From a virus (lineage: Duplodnaviria > Caudoviricetes), in IMG/VR virus record IMGVR_UViG_3300025808_000004, positions 1-60,558 of that record: a stretch of DNA of 60,558 nt, one strand, 5' to 3'. The notes below the pieces were generated by a model. It made no database searches and was not told the DNA's origin. It worked only from the letters and a program-made list of their open reading frames with translations. Shown here piece by piece: positions 38,563 to 47,310 of this stretch. How positions within the stretch are numbered: the stretch's first letter is position 1; the number at the start of each line of letters is the position of its first letter. Made by a program: the position numbers and the translations under genes.

Positions 38563-38823
38563 ATGGATGCCTTCTTCCACTTGAAACCAATAGGGTTGTC
38601 TGAGACAGTCTACTCGGAGGCTATCTCCAACATGAAAGAAGCACGGAAAAAGCGCGACGGGCGATGGCTTGCCGAGCTTTATGTGGAGGCATTCATTCTC
38701 CTGGAAGATGCAGGCCTTATCAATCGCGACAAAACGCTCAACATTGAGTGGTATGAAGAACTCCTCTGGCATGCCCACCTGGACGCCCAGATCGACATTC
38801 CTGTGACAGAGAGAAACCGATGA
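38563..38823 (+). CDS. hypothetical protein
   Basis: AAGGA RBS; operon spacing. Confidence 0.55.
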   Translation: MDAFFHLKPIGLSETVYSEAISNMKEARKKRDGRWLAELYVEAFILLEDAGLINRDKTLNIEWYEELLWHAHLDAQIDIPVTERNR

Positions 38824-39161
38824 ACATTCTTCCCTCAAGCCCGATCAGCCAATACATCACAGCCATTGAGCTGGACGGCAAGCCTGTCAAAGCTACGTTT
38901 GTCGACATGGAGACCAGTCGCATTCAATACTGGAATGCTGGCCAACAGGTCGAAGCCACCGGCCAAATACGTATTCTGTTGGAAAGTAAAGCTAAAGCAG
39001 CTTCACTTGATCCAGTTCGGGCTAATGAATTGGATAAATTACTTGAGCAAATCAAACAGAAAATGGCAAACATGGAAACAGACCGTATGATCACAGCCTA
39101 TGCGGAATGCAAAAAATGGCTCGGCCTTTTTGCATCAGCCGAAACTATGGATCGGGAATGA
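38820..39161 (+). CDS. hypothetical protein
   Basis: ATGA overlap with the upstream gene. Confidence 0.6.
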   Translation: MNILPSSPISQYITAIELDGKPVKATFVDMETSRIQYWNAGQQVEATGQIRILLESKAKAASLDPVRANELDKLLEQIKQKMANMETDRMITAYAECKKWLGLFASAETMDRE

Positions 39162-39162
39162 C

Positions 39163-40524
39163 ATGGCCCAGCACGCTAGACTTTCTGCTTCTGGCTCAAA
39201 GCAATGGATGAACTGTCCTGGTTCCGTTGCTACAGAAGCACGCAACCCAAATCCGCGCAGCTCATCTGTCTTCGCAATGGAAGGCACGGCCGCACACTTG
39301 CTTTGTGAACTCTATGCCAGCGAGGGCCTTGCACCTGAGGAGTTCCTTGGCGAGACCATTTATATTTGGCAGGATGATGCCTATTTGGAACGCCATCTGG
39401 CACAGGCGGTGGCTGAAAAGGGCGTTACTCTAGCTGATGTCCCGGTCGCCATGGAATTCCTGGTAGATCAAGACATGGTGGACGCCATTGAATACTTTGT
39501 CGCGGCCGTGGAGACAACGCGTTCCCGGCTTGACCCAAAAGGGCGTGAAGAGTATTCCGAGAAATGGCTTGATCTGACATGGCTTCACCCTCTGCTCGGC
39601 GGCACGGGTGACTATATCAGCGTGGAGGCATTCGGCTGGGCTGAGTTGATCGATTATAAGCATGGCCGGGGCGTTCTGGTAGAAGTTCGCGACAACAGCC
39701 AGCTCAAGCTCTATGGCATCGGGGTTCTAAACATGTTCCCTGACTGCGAGGGCGTTCGTATGACGATCGTCCAACCCCGCAAGGAGCACGAAGACGGGCC
39801 AATCCGCTCCATCGAATATACCCGTGAAGAGTTGATGGATTTTGCCGAGGAGGTTCGTGTCGCTGCAGAAGCTACCCAGCTTCAGAACGCTACCCTCTGT
39901 GCCGGTGAATGGTGCACCTTCTGTGGCGCTAAAGCCTATGTGGATGAGAATGGCGACTTCTATGAGTGCCCGGCTCTTATCAAAGCCATGCAAGAGGAAG
40001 CCCAGATGGACTTTGCTGGCGTGCCTCCGGAGATCGGCATCCCCATTCCGACCACAAACGCCGGACTTGCCCGTGCATCTAAATGGCTCGGGGTCTTCGA
40101 CAACTATGTGAAGGCCGTGGAAGGGGCTGTCCAGCGCGAACTGCTTGCCGGTCGTCCTGTCGAAGGCTATAAGCTTGTCCGCAAGAAAGCTAACAGAGCG
40201 TTTGGGGCCTTTATCGAGGAAGTCGATGAGCTAACGGGCACTGACGACAACCACTGGATGGCCATGTCTGAGGACGACGTGATCGCCATCGTGGAAAGCG
40301 AGCTTGGCGAGGAGTATGTGGCCAAGTGCTATCAACCCCCGAAACTCAGGTCTCCAGCACAGTTCGAAAAGCTGGGTCGTGAGTTTAAGAAACTGACAGG
40401 CGAGATTGCCTATAAGCCAGAGGGCGGTTTGACAGTTACGAATGAGGCAGACACGCGACCGGCCGTCGAAGTCACACAGGCTGGCGGTTCAGACTTCCCT
40501 GATGACCTTTCGAACGGAAATTGA
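39163..40524 (+). CDS. DUF2800 PD-(D/E)XK (Cas4-like) exonuclease
   Basis: HARLSAS...W.NCPGS, A.EGTAAH, GTGD, IDYKHGRG, QLKLY, IVQPR, WC.FC. Confidence 0.9.
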   Translation: MAQHARLSASGSKQWMNCPGSVATEARNPNPRSSSVFAMEGTAAHLLCELYASEGLAPEEFLGETIYIWQDDAYLERHLAQAVAEKGVTLADVPVAMEFLVDQDMVDAIEYFVAAVETTRSRLDPKGREEYSEKWLDLTWLHPLLGGTGDYISVEAFGWAELIDYKHGRGVLVEVRDNSQLKLYGIGVLNMFPDCEGVRMTIVQPRKEHEDGPIRSIEYTREELMDFAEEVRVAAEATQLQNATLCAGEWCTFCGAKAYVDENGDFYECPALIKAMQEEAQMDFAGVPPEIGIPIPTTNAGLARASKWLGVFDNYVKAVEGAVQRELLAGRPVEGYKLVRKKANRAFGAFIEEVDELTGTDDNHWMAMSEDDVIAIVESELGEEYVAKCYQPPKLRSPAQFEKLGREFKKLTGEIAYKPEGGLTVTNEADTRPAVEVTQAGGSDFPDDLSNGN

Positions 40525-40526
40525 GC

Positions 40527-40847
40527 ATGGCAAGCAATCGTATTGTATTGTTCATAGGTAACAACTCGTTCTATCTTTCGGGCTACGTGAACAGCAAATC
40601 CTATATCCGGGGCTATGTCGAAAATGGAGACTATAACCTCTACATTGTTAAGCAGGAACTGGCTTGCTGGATCGCCTATCATGCAACTGCAAAGAACCAG
40701 TGCACCGAAAGCCATCAGATAGGTCTCCCGTTTGACGGTGCCTCTGTGACCCACGTGGTGATCCCGGAAACGATGAGGGCGGACCACAACACCATCATCA
40801 ACTGGGCCCGTAGCCAAAAACGGAAGAAAACATGGCTAACCAGATAA
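40527..40847 (+). CDS. hypothetical protein
   Basis: Operon spacing. Confidence 0.55.
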   Translation: MASNRIVLFIGNNSFYLSGYVNSKSYIRGYVENGDYNLYIVKQELACWIAYHATAKNQCTESHQIGLPFDGASVTHVVIPETMRADHNTIINWARSQKRKKTWLTR

Positions 40848-41026
40848 CCCCAGCAATGCTGCTCCAGCTAGCCAAGACCGTTCAGGCGGAAATGGAGAAA
40901 GTGTGCCCGGACCAACCGCCTCTTGTAATGCGAGCGGTCACTCTGTTGGTCGGTGAGTCCTATCTTCAAGCAGCAGCAGTCGAGAAGACTATCAATGACT
41001 TTTATAGGCGCCCTCCAACTAAATAA
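40832..41026 (+). CDS. hypothetical protein
   Basis: Short overlap with the upstream gene. Confidence 0.5.
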   Translation: MANQITPAMLLQLAKTVQAEMEKVCPDQPPLVMRAVTLLVGESYLQAAAVEKTINDFYRRPPTK

Positions 41027-41072
41027 GTGTTTCCCCGTTGAAAACAATTAGAATATATTTATTAAATCCCAT

Positions 41073-41215
41073 GGCACTTCGATCCATGAAAGTCCGAAGG
41101 TAATCTTCAGCGCAGGACTGGTGAAATAGGTCGGGATCAACGGCGGTAGCTCTGAAGCCACAGGAGTCCGCCAACTACATAAGCCATCCCAATGTGGGAT
41201 TTCAGTGTCAAGGAG
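41073..41215 (+). ncRNA. structured 5' leader of the SSB gene
   Basis: Nested stems GGCACT/AGTGTC, GATCC/GGATC, AGTCC/GGACT, GAAG/CTTC, GGCGG/CCGCC and ATCCCA/TGGGAT, ending at the AGGAG RBS. Confidence 0.5.
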
Positions 41216-41221
41216 ACAACG

Positions 41222-41803
41222 ATGGCTGAACGTTTGAAATGTGTCACACCTCCGTTCCGTGTGAGTTTCCCGGCAATTTTCGAGGCTTCGTCCTATCAGG
41301 GCGGCACCTCGAAGTATTCCGTGGTCATGCTCTTCTACCCGGCGAAGTTCACGGACGCCGACAAGAAGGCCTGGAAGACCATGCAGGTCATTGCCGACGC
41401 AGCTTCCAAGGACAAGTTCAAGAAGCTGATCAAGGATCTGCCTGCAAACTTCAAGAAGCCCATCCGGGACGGCGTCGAGAAGGAGCACCTGGACGGCTAT
41501 GGCGATGGCTGCATGTTCGCCACCGCTTCCTCGAAGCAACGGCCGGGCCTCGTCGATCGCAACAAGCAGCCCATCCTGACCGAGGAAGAGTTCTACCCTG
41601 GCTGCTGGGCTCGCGCGACCGTCACCGCCTATCCCTATGACAACGTAGGTAAGGGCGTGGCATTCGGTCTGCACAACCTCCAGAAGCTCGGCGACGACGA
41701 GAACTTCACCGGCCGGATGGCTGCTGAGGACGACTTCGGTGATGACGCCGACGACGTGTGGAGCGGTTCTGACATCGCCCCCGAAGACGATCCGACGGCG
41801 TAA
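41222..41803 (+). CDS. single-stranded DNA-binding protein (DUF2815, T7 gp2.5-like)
   Basis: RVSFP.IFE, KYSV, PIRDG, FYPGCWARA, KGVAFGLHNLQK; acidic tail ending DDPTA. Confidence 0.9.
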   Translation: MAERLKCVTPPFRVSFPAIFEASSYQGGTSKYSVVMLFYPAKFTDADKKAWKTMQVIADAASKDKFKKLIKDLPANFKKPIRDGVEKEHLDGYGDGCMFATASSKQRPGLVDRNKQPILTEEEFYPGCWARATVTAYPYDNVGKGVAFGLHNLQKLGDDENFTGRMAAEDDFGDDADDVWSGSDIAPEDDPTA

Positions 41804-41840
41804 TCCAACGGGTCCAGTTCCGGTTGCCCCCGGAGCGGCT

Positions 41841-41870
41841 AAGCCAGTGGTTAACTCCACTGGCTTTTTC
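41841..41870 (+). terminator. rho-independent terminator after the SSB gene
   Basis: AAGCCAGTGG-TTAACT-CCACTGGCTT-TTTC. Confidence 0.8.
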
Positions 41871-41950
41871 TATTGCTTTGTCGGTTTAATCTTTGCAGTG
41901 CATAGTGCATTCTAATCATATCAACCACGTCGACTATGGAGAATGAGGAT

Positions 41951-42427
41951 ATGACCGACTTGAATGCTACCATTCTTGCCCTACAGATTGATCAAGGAGT
42001 CCGCTTTGTGGAAGTAGAGTTCTTCCGCGATACCACTGGGGATGAGCGCTGTGGCCCTGCTGGCTGGTCTGGGAAAACCTCCTACATCTACAAAGTCGAG
42101 CCTGCAATTTTTGCAGGGCTGAAAATCGGGTCCTTGGTCGTCGCCCAAGCTCGGAGTCATTTGCAAGTTGTCCGTGTAGTGGCAATGGACGTGAACGTCG
42201 ATTTTGGAAACCTGAACTTCATCAAGCTCTTGCGCTGGGTTGTTGCAGACATTACTTCCAGTATCGAGCGGGTGTCGTTACTGGTTGCCGCCGAAGTGAA
42301 TGCCAAGAAGCAGATCACCAATGCTCGTCTCCGCAAGGAAAGTCAAGACTTGCTGGCAGCGGCAAACCTCACGGGCGAAAGTATTCTTTTGCTTCCGCCC
42401 AAAGTGGCTGCCGAGCACAAGGACTGA
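41951..42427 (+). CDS. hypothetical phage protein
   Basis: GAGGA RBS; Y.YKV...LKIG.LVV...VV.V pattern; upstream TTTAAT-17-CATTCT. Confidence 0.65.
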   Translation: MTDLNATILALQIDQGVRFVEVEFFRDTTGDERCGPAGWSGKTSYIYKVEPAIFAGLKIGSLVVAQARSHLQVVRVVAMDVNVDFGNLNFIKLLRWVVADITSSIERVSLLVAAEVNAKKQITNARLRKESQDLLAAANLTGESILLLPPKVAAEHKD

Positions 42428-42474
42428 TGCAAAGTTGGTATACACGGGGCCAAAGCTCCGTGTATACTGTCTAA

Positions 42475-42664
42475 GTGTTTTGAGATGATCCGTTGGCCCA
42501 GCTGCCATTAGCTCAGGTCGATTAATAACCGGGAAGAGCCGTCTTAGTGGTAAGACGCATAAGCTCCTGCCGACGGATCATCTCAGAGCACGTGTGTGTC
42601 CGTGGAGGTCCTGCGTGCTCGGAAGGCCCGGTGTGGTATTGGACGTGGCGCACCGGGTCTTTTT
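42475..42664 (+). ncRNA. candidate structured RNA / attenuator upstream of the DNA polymerase gene
   Basis: 23-bp basal stem 42475-42497/42569-42591 with G-U pairs; internal hairpins with complementary loops; terminator at 42624-42664; upstream TATACA-18-TATACT. Confidence 0.65.
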
Positions 42665-42681
42665 ATTCTGCCGGGGGCCCC

Positions 42682-44943
42682 ATGATAGTAGGTGATTTTG
42701 AGACACGCTCTGCTTGTGATCTGAAGAAAGCAGGCGCATGGGCATATTCGACACATCCCACAACGGAAGTCATGTGTTTCTGCTGGAACTTCCAAGAAGA
42801 CCCTATTGAGCAGGTCTATGAGTGGCAAGCTGGGTTCCCGCATCTCGGCATTGACCAGTCACCATTTCCCCAAGAGCTGGCAGACCGCATTGCTGCCGGA
42901 GAAATTCTTGAAGCCCACAATGCTTTCTTTGAATATTGTATTTGGAACCACGTCTGGTGCAAAATGCTTCCGGGCCTGCCAGAGCTATCACTTAATCAGA
43001 TCCGATGCTCTGCAGCTAAAGCGGCGACATTTGCCTTGCCTCGTGCTCTTGACAAAGCCATTGCGGCATTAGGCCTTCCTCAAAAGAAGGATATGGAGGG
43101 CTCGGCTAATATGCTGAAGCTTGCCAAGCCCCGCAAGCTGACTGCAGACGAAAAGCGACATTTCGAAGCACAGGGTGTTGACCCTGGGACTGTGATACTC
43201 TTCCTGGAAAACCGGGAGATGATACTTCGCAACACTAAGTATTGTGCTCAGGACGTCCGGGCTGAACGTGGGCTATCCTCTGTTCTACGAGAATTGCCAC
43301 CCCGTGAGCTTGAGTTTTGGCAGATGGACCTTCGCATGAATGCCCGGGGCATTACGTGCGACATGGCCTTGGTGCATATAGCAATCAAGCTTGCCGAAGA
43401 GGACACAGACCACCAGAATGCCGAGTTGAAAGAACTTACGGACGGCATGGTCGAGAAAGCCTCTGGCCGTATGAAGTTCAAACAGTGGATGCATGACAAT
43501 GGTGTCAAAATCCCGAATACCCAGGGGGCAGTCATTGACATCCTTCTAGGACATGACCCTGGAGATGAAGAAGCCACAGCCGAGCTTAGGGCTGAACTTC
43601 GTGGTCTTGCCGAAACCATTACACCAAAAACACGGCGCGCCCTTGAAATTGTGCGGGACGTCAACCGATCGTCCGTCGCCAAATACAAGCAGATGATTAT
43701 CCAAGTTTCTGAAGGCAATCGCCTCAGGGACATGATGCTCTATTGCGGAGCTGCACGAACTGGCCGTTGGTCAGGCAAGGGTGTCCAGCCACACAACTTC
43801 ATCCGTGGGTATTCAGAGATTATGCAGGAGGTCTGCCAAGACATCCTTAAAGCTGATCCCGAAAGACTGCGCCTGCTCTACAACGGGTCTGTCCTCGAGG
43901 TGCTATCCAAAGCTACTCGTGGGGCTATGGTTGCGGCATACGGCAAAAAGCTGATGGTAGCTGACTTCGCGGCCATTGAAGCTCGGGTGCTTCTGTGGCT
44001 TGCGCTAGCTATGTCTGCCCTTGACATCTTCTATCGCGGCGAGGACATTTACTTGGACATGGCTTCTGCCATTTTCAAGTATCCATGCACCAATAAGGAC
44101 GACTTCCCATTCGAGCGTAAAGTTGGCAAGGCTGCAATTCTCGGTCTCGGCTATCAGATGGGCTGGGAGAAGTTTGAAGATGAGTGCCGCAATAAGAACG
44201 GGATCACCGACCAAGAACCTGAGTTTTTCAAAGACGTTGTTCGGGTCTATCGTGAAGAACGCTTTCCAGAAATAAAGTCCTTCTGGTATGACTTTGAGGT
44301 AGCTGCCATTAAAGCCGTAAGGCAGTATGACCCAAAAACCATGTCTAAGGGGCCGCGTATTGAATGCCGTCGCCTAGCTTGGTTTATGTGGGGTCAGTTC
44401 CTCCATATGGAATTGCCATCCGGTCGGTTACTCGCCTATTTTAGGCCGCTAATCAAGGTAAGGAAAACTTATCGGTTTCCGGCGCTTAACGAGCGAGGGC
44501 ATGAATGCACTGCAATGGCCACTGGCGGAGCAGACCTAACAGAGACTCAAGCCCGTAGGCTTGCAATAGCCAGGGCAAAAATTGCCAACAAAAAACTCAT
44601 ACCGAATGGCAAGGTTCAGCTATTTAAGAGTGAAGTCCTCACCTTCATGCATGAAAACTCCGTCACTCGTCAGTGGGAACGGAAAGAGACATACGGCGGA
44701 GAGCTGGTTGAAAACGCCACACAAGCAACAGCGCGTGACTTGATGGCCGAGGCGATGTTGCGGGTTGACAACCATCCAGACTATGATTTATTGTTGTCTG
44801 TGCACGATGAAGAGATTGCCGAATGTGACGAGGGCAAAGGCAATCTCGAAGAGTTTGAGGCTCTTATGGAAGAACTACCTAGCTGGGCTGAAGGCTGTCC
44901 AGTTAACGCTGAAGGCTGGGAAGGTTATAGATACAGGAAGTAG
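42682..44943 (+). CDS. family A DNA polymerase with 3'-5' exonuclease
   Basis: DFETRS, AHNAFFE, YCAQDV, TGRWSG, motif A DFAAIEARVL, motif B RKVGKAAILGLGY, ENATQA, motif C VHDE; start at ATG 42682. Confidence 0.95.
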   Translation: MIVGDFETRSACDLKKAGAWAYSTHPTTEVMCFCWNFQEDPIEQVYEWQAGFPHLGIDQSPFPQELADRIAAGEILEAHNAFFEYCIWNHVWCKMLPGLPELSLNQIRCSAAKAATFALPRALDKAIAALGLPQKKDMEGSANMLKLAKPRKLTADEKRHFEAQGVDPGTVILFLENREMILRNTKYCAQDVRAERGLSSVLRELPPRELEFWQMDLRMNARGITCDMALVHIAIKLAEEDTDHQNAELKELTDGMVEKASGRMKFKQWMHDNGVKIPNTQGAVIDILLGHDPGDEEATAELRAELRGLAETITPKTRRALEIVRDVNRSSVAKYKQMIIQVSEGNRLRDMMLYCGAARTGRWSGKGVQPHNFIRGYSEIMQEVCQDILKADPERLRLLYNGSVLEVLSKATRGAMVAAYGKKLMVADFAAIEARVLLWLALAMSALDIFYRGEDIYLDMASAIFKYPCTNKDDFPFERKVGKAAILGLGYQMGWEKFEDECRNKNGITDQEPEFFKDVVRVYREERFPEIKSFWYDFEVAAIKAVRQYDPKTMSKGPRIECRRLAWFMWGQFLHMELPSGRLLAYFRPLIKVRKTYRFPALNERGHECTAMATGGADLTETQARRLAIARAKIANKKLIPNGKVQLFKSEVLTFMHENSVTRQWERKETYGGELVENATQATARDLMAEAMLRVDNHPDYDLLLSVHDEEIAECDEGKGNLEEFEALMEELPSWAEGCPVNAEGWEGYRYRK

Positions 44944-44998
44944 GGTATACTTTCTAGCTATAGAAGTGCAAAACTGGCCACATGGATTATACGATAGC

Positions 44999-46504
44999 AT
45001 GACCGTAAACTACCTCAAATCCTCTATAGCCCATTGGCCGGAAGTTGATCCGTCAAAGCCTCGCTGGACTCACCAGCTCGAGGAATTGGAGGAGTATGGT
45101 CTTGACAAAGCTCGTGGGCTATTGTGGGGAATGCGGACCGGCAAGAGCAGGATCATTGTCGACAGTGCCAATGCTCTTCGAGATGGCGGCAAAATCCGTG
45201 GCGGGCTTATCTTTGCCCCTAATGGCGTTCACCTCAACTGGGTGCTGAAGCAAATCCCATTTTATTCGTGGCCTGGCATGTCTTGGAGCGCACAGCACTG
45301 GAGTTCTGACTTTGCGCGGGAACATCCGAGTTCTTGGTCGGAGAGGTTCTGTGCTCTGCTCAAGTCAAATGCAGACATGCGCTGGTTTACTGTCAATTCG
45401 GAAAGTCTCATTATGCCAGCAGTCAAGAAAGCCATCAACCAGTTCCTTGACTCTGTCAATGGTGAAGTGATAGCCATTGCTGATGAGAGTGTGGACTTTC
45501 GCACTCCGGGCTCAAAGCGCACCAACGTTGCTAGAGCCTATTTCAAGCGCCTGCCATTCCGCCGTATTCTTGATGGCACTGCGCTAATGAACAGCCCCCT
45601 GCACGCGTTCAGTCAATTTGAACTGTTGGAACCTGGGGCTTTGGGTTTCCGTAAATATGAGGATTTTAAGCAATACCACTCTGTGTGGCGGAGCGTGAGG
45701 AACAAAGCGGGGCGCTATTATCCAAAGTTGGACCACTACACAAATCTGGAGACCCTTCGTGAAAACATCGGAGATTATGCCAGTGTAGTTCTTCGTGAGG
45801 ACTGTGACATGCCCGACCTTCTGCCGATTGAGGTGGTGGTGGAGATGTCCGAGCTTCAAAAGAGGGCATACCTTACCCTCATTGAGAAAAACCTGCTTGA
45901 GTTTGAGAACGGAGCTGAAATTGATGCCATTGAAGGTGGCAAGCGGGCAATAAAGTTCCATCAAATTGTATCAGGCTTTGCCATCGATGACTTTGGGGAC
46001 ATTCAGTCTATAGATGATGATCCACCTATCCTACAAGAGCTCAGGAGGCAGGTAGTTGACACCCCCAAATATATCGTCTGGTGCCGCTTTAGAGAGGATA
46101 TTCGCCGCGTTTCCAACGCTCTCCGGGCCATGGGCCACAAGATTGTGGAATACCATGGAGGAGTGCCACAAGGCTTGCGGGCTGGATACGTCGACCAGTT
46201 CAATAATGATGACGCTACAGTTGGCCTTGTCGGGCAGCCACAAGCTGGTGGCCGAGGACTTGAATTGCCCTGTGACGCTATCATCTGGTATTCAAGCACT
46301 TATGACGCTATTATCCGCAACCAAGCAAACGAGCGTGGAACCATCATGGGCGGCCGATCCGTTTCCATCATCACACTCGCTACGCCGGGCACTGTTCACG
46401 ACGACATTATCGCTTCCGCAGAGCAGAAAGTCTGCATTGGTGACTGGGTGGCCGGTTCTGGTTTACGTGATAGCTTAATGCGCTGGAAAAGTAACTTATC
46501 ATGA
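44999..46504 (+). CDS. SNF2-like SF2 DNA helicase
   Basis: GMRTGKS, IADES, ILDGT, QAGGRGLEL, QANER; start probably ATG 44999. Confidence 0.85.
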   Translation: MTVNYLKSSIAHWPEVDPSKPRWTHQLEELEEYGLDKARGLLWGMRTGKSRIIVDSANALRDGGKIRGGLIFAPNGVHLNWVLKQIPFYSWPGMSWSAQHWSSDFAREHPSSWSERFCALLKSNADMRWFTVNSESLIMPAVKKAINQFLDSVNGEVIAIADESVDFRTPGSKRTNVARAYFKRLPFRRILDGTALMNSPLHAFSQFELLEPGALGFRKYEDFKQYHSVWRSVRNKAGRYYPKLDHYTNLETLRENIGDYASVVLREDCDMPDLLPIEVVVEMSELQKRAYLTLIEKNLLEFENGAEIDAIEGGKRAIKFHQIVSGFAIDDFGDIQSIDDDPPILQELRRQVVDTPKYIVWCRFREDIRRVSNALRAMGHKIVEYHGGVPQGLRAGYVDQFNNDDATVGLVGQPQAGGRGLELPCDAIIWYSSTYDAIIRNQANERGTIMGGRSVSIITLATPGTVHDDIIASAEQKVCIGDWVAGSGLRDSLMRWKSNLS

Positions 46505-46614
46505 CTGCTCGTCGAAAGTTACTTAAAAGAATACCATATAACCTAAGCGCTAGTACAAGGGGATTTGCATAAATTCTACTTGATGAGTGTTGGCTAAATA
46601 AGCTCTTTTGCTGG

Positions 46615-46643
46615 CTTACAAGCACTGAGCAGATAGCTATTCT
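46615..46643 (+). promoter_or_regulatory. sigma70-type promoter
   Basis: CTTACA-17-TATTCT. Confidence 0.6.
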
Positions 46644-46705
46644 CAATATTGTTCACTGAGACTGAAGACTACGACTGAAACCAGACCGAACATGAGGAGC
46701 TTACT

Positions 46706-47167
46706 ATGAAATCGATCCTGTCCCCGATTGTGGACATCCTGCCACTGATTAATTTTGCTGCCCCCGATACCACTTCTGGTGCCGCCGCTGGTGGGAAACC
46801 GACGGCAAAGCCGACCGATGCACCGGCAGCCATTGCCAAGCCTGCTGGAGCCAAGCCTGCCGAAAAGGCTGAACCGAAGCGTGGCATCGGCACTGCGGCA
46901 ATGGAAGCAATCTTGAACTCGGCCACCAACGAGGAGGCTCTGGCGGCCGTCCGCAAGGAGTTCCCGGACGCCAACACCACGAAGGCGTCGATCAACTGGT
47001 ATCGGAACAAGTTGCGCAAGGATGGCACGATCAGTACCGGCGGCATCTACAAGGGCAAGCCCGTTCCGAACGCGCGCGAGATGGCCAAGGACGCCAAGCC
47101 GGCCGAGGCACCCAAGGCGAAGGACACCAAACCCACCGCAGCTGCTGGCGATGATCCGACCGCCTGA
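46706..47167 (+). CDS. AKP-rich (histone-like) wHTH DNA-binding protein (FPDANTT family), ends DDPTA
   Basis: GAGGAG RBS; EFPDANTTKASINWYRNKLRKDG flanked by Ala/Lys/Pro repeats. Confidence 0.75.
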   Translation: MKSILSPIVDILPLINFAAPDTTSGAAAGGKPTAKPTDAPAAIAKPAGAKPAEKAEPKRGIGTAAMEAILNSATNEEALAAVRKEFPDANTTKASINWYRNKLRKDGTISTGGIYKGKPVPNAREMAKDAKPAEAPKAKDTKPTAAAGDDPTA

Positions 47168-47190
47168 GGCCTGACTCACTCACAGTGCAA

Positions 47191-47225
47191 AAAGGGCCCG
47201 GGCTTCAATGCCCGGGCTTTTCTTT
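47191..47225 (+). terminator. rho-independent terminator
   Basis: GCCCGGGC-TTCAAT-GCCCGGGC followed by a T-tract. Confidence 0.8.
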
Positions 47226-47310
47226 ATAGGGCTGCATTCTATAAACTTAGTGGTTTCATTTCCAATTATAACATAGTATTCTAAATACAACAGAGTAAGT
47301 GGAGAATACC

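Noticed and set aside
39163-40524. CRISPR-associated Cas4
   Set aside because: It is the DUF2800 nuclease of the usual DUF2800-DUF2815-polymerase module; no cas1/cas2 or array is present
41085-41130. Hammerhead ribozyme (GAAA...CTGGTGA)
   Set aside because: The core is CUGGUGA rather than CUGANGA, and stems I and III cannot be formed around an NUH site
42500-42570. tRNA gene (TTAGCTCAG...GAGC resembles a D-arm) or cobalamin riboswitch (GCCA.., GGGAAG, CCTGCC)
   Set aside because: There is no T-arm (GTTCRA), no 7-nt anticodon loop and no acceptor/CCA end, and the 5' B12-element core is missing; kept only as an unassigned structured RNA
42547-42681. N-terminal extensions given by the ORF track (polymerase 42547, helicase 44765, ligase 37490, terL 22348, scaffold 18101)
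   Set aside because: They overlap structured RNA or upstream genes, whereas the downstream ATGs have an RBS or match family N-termini
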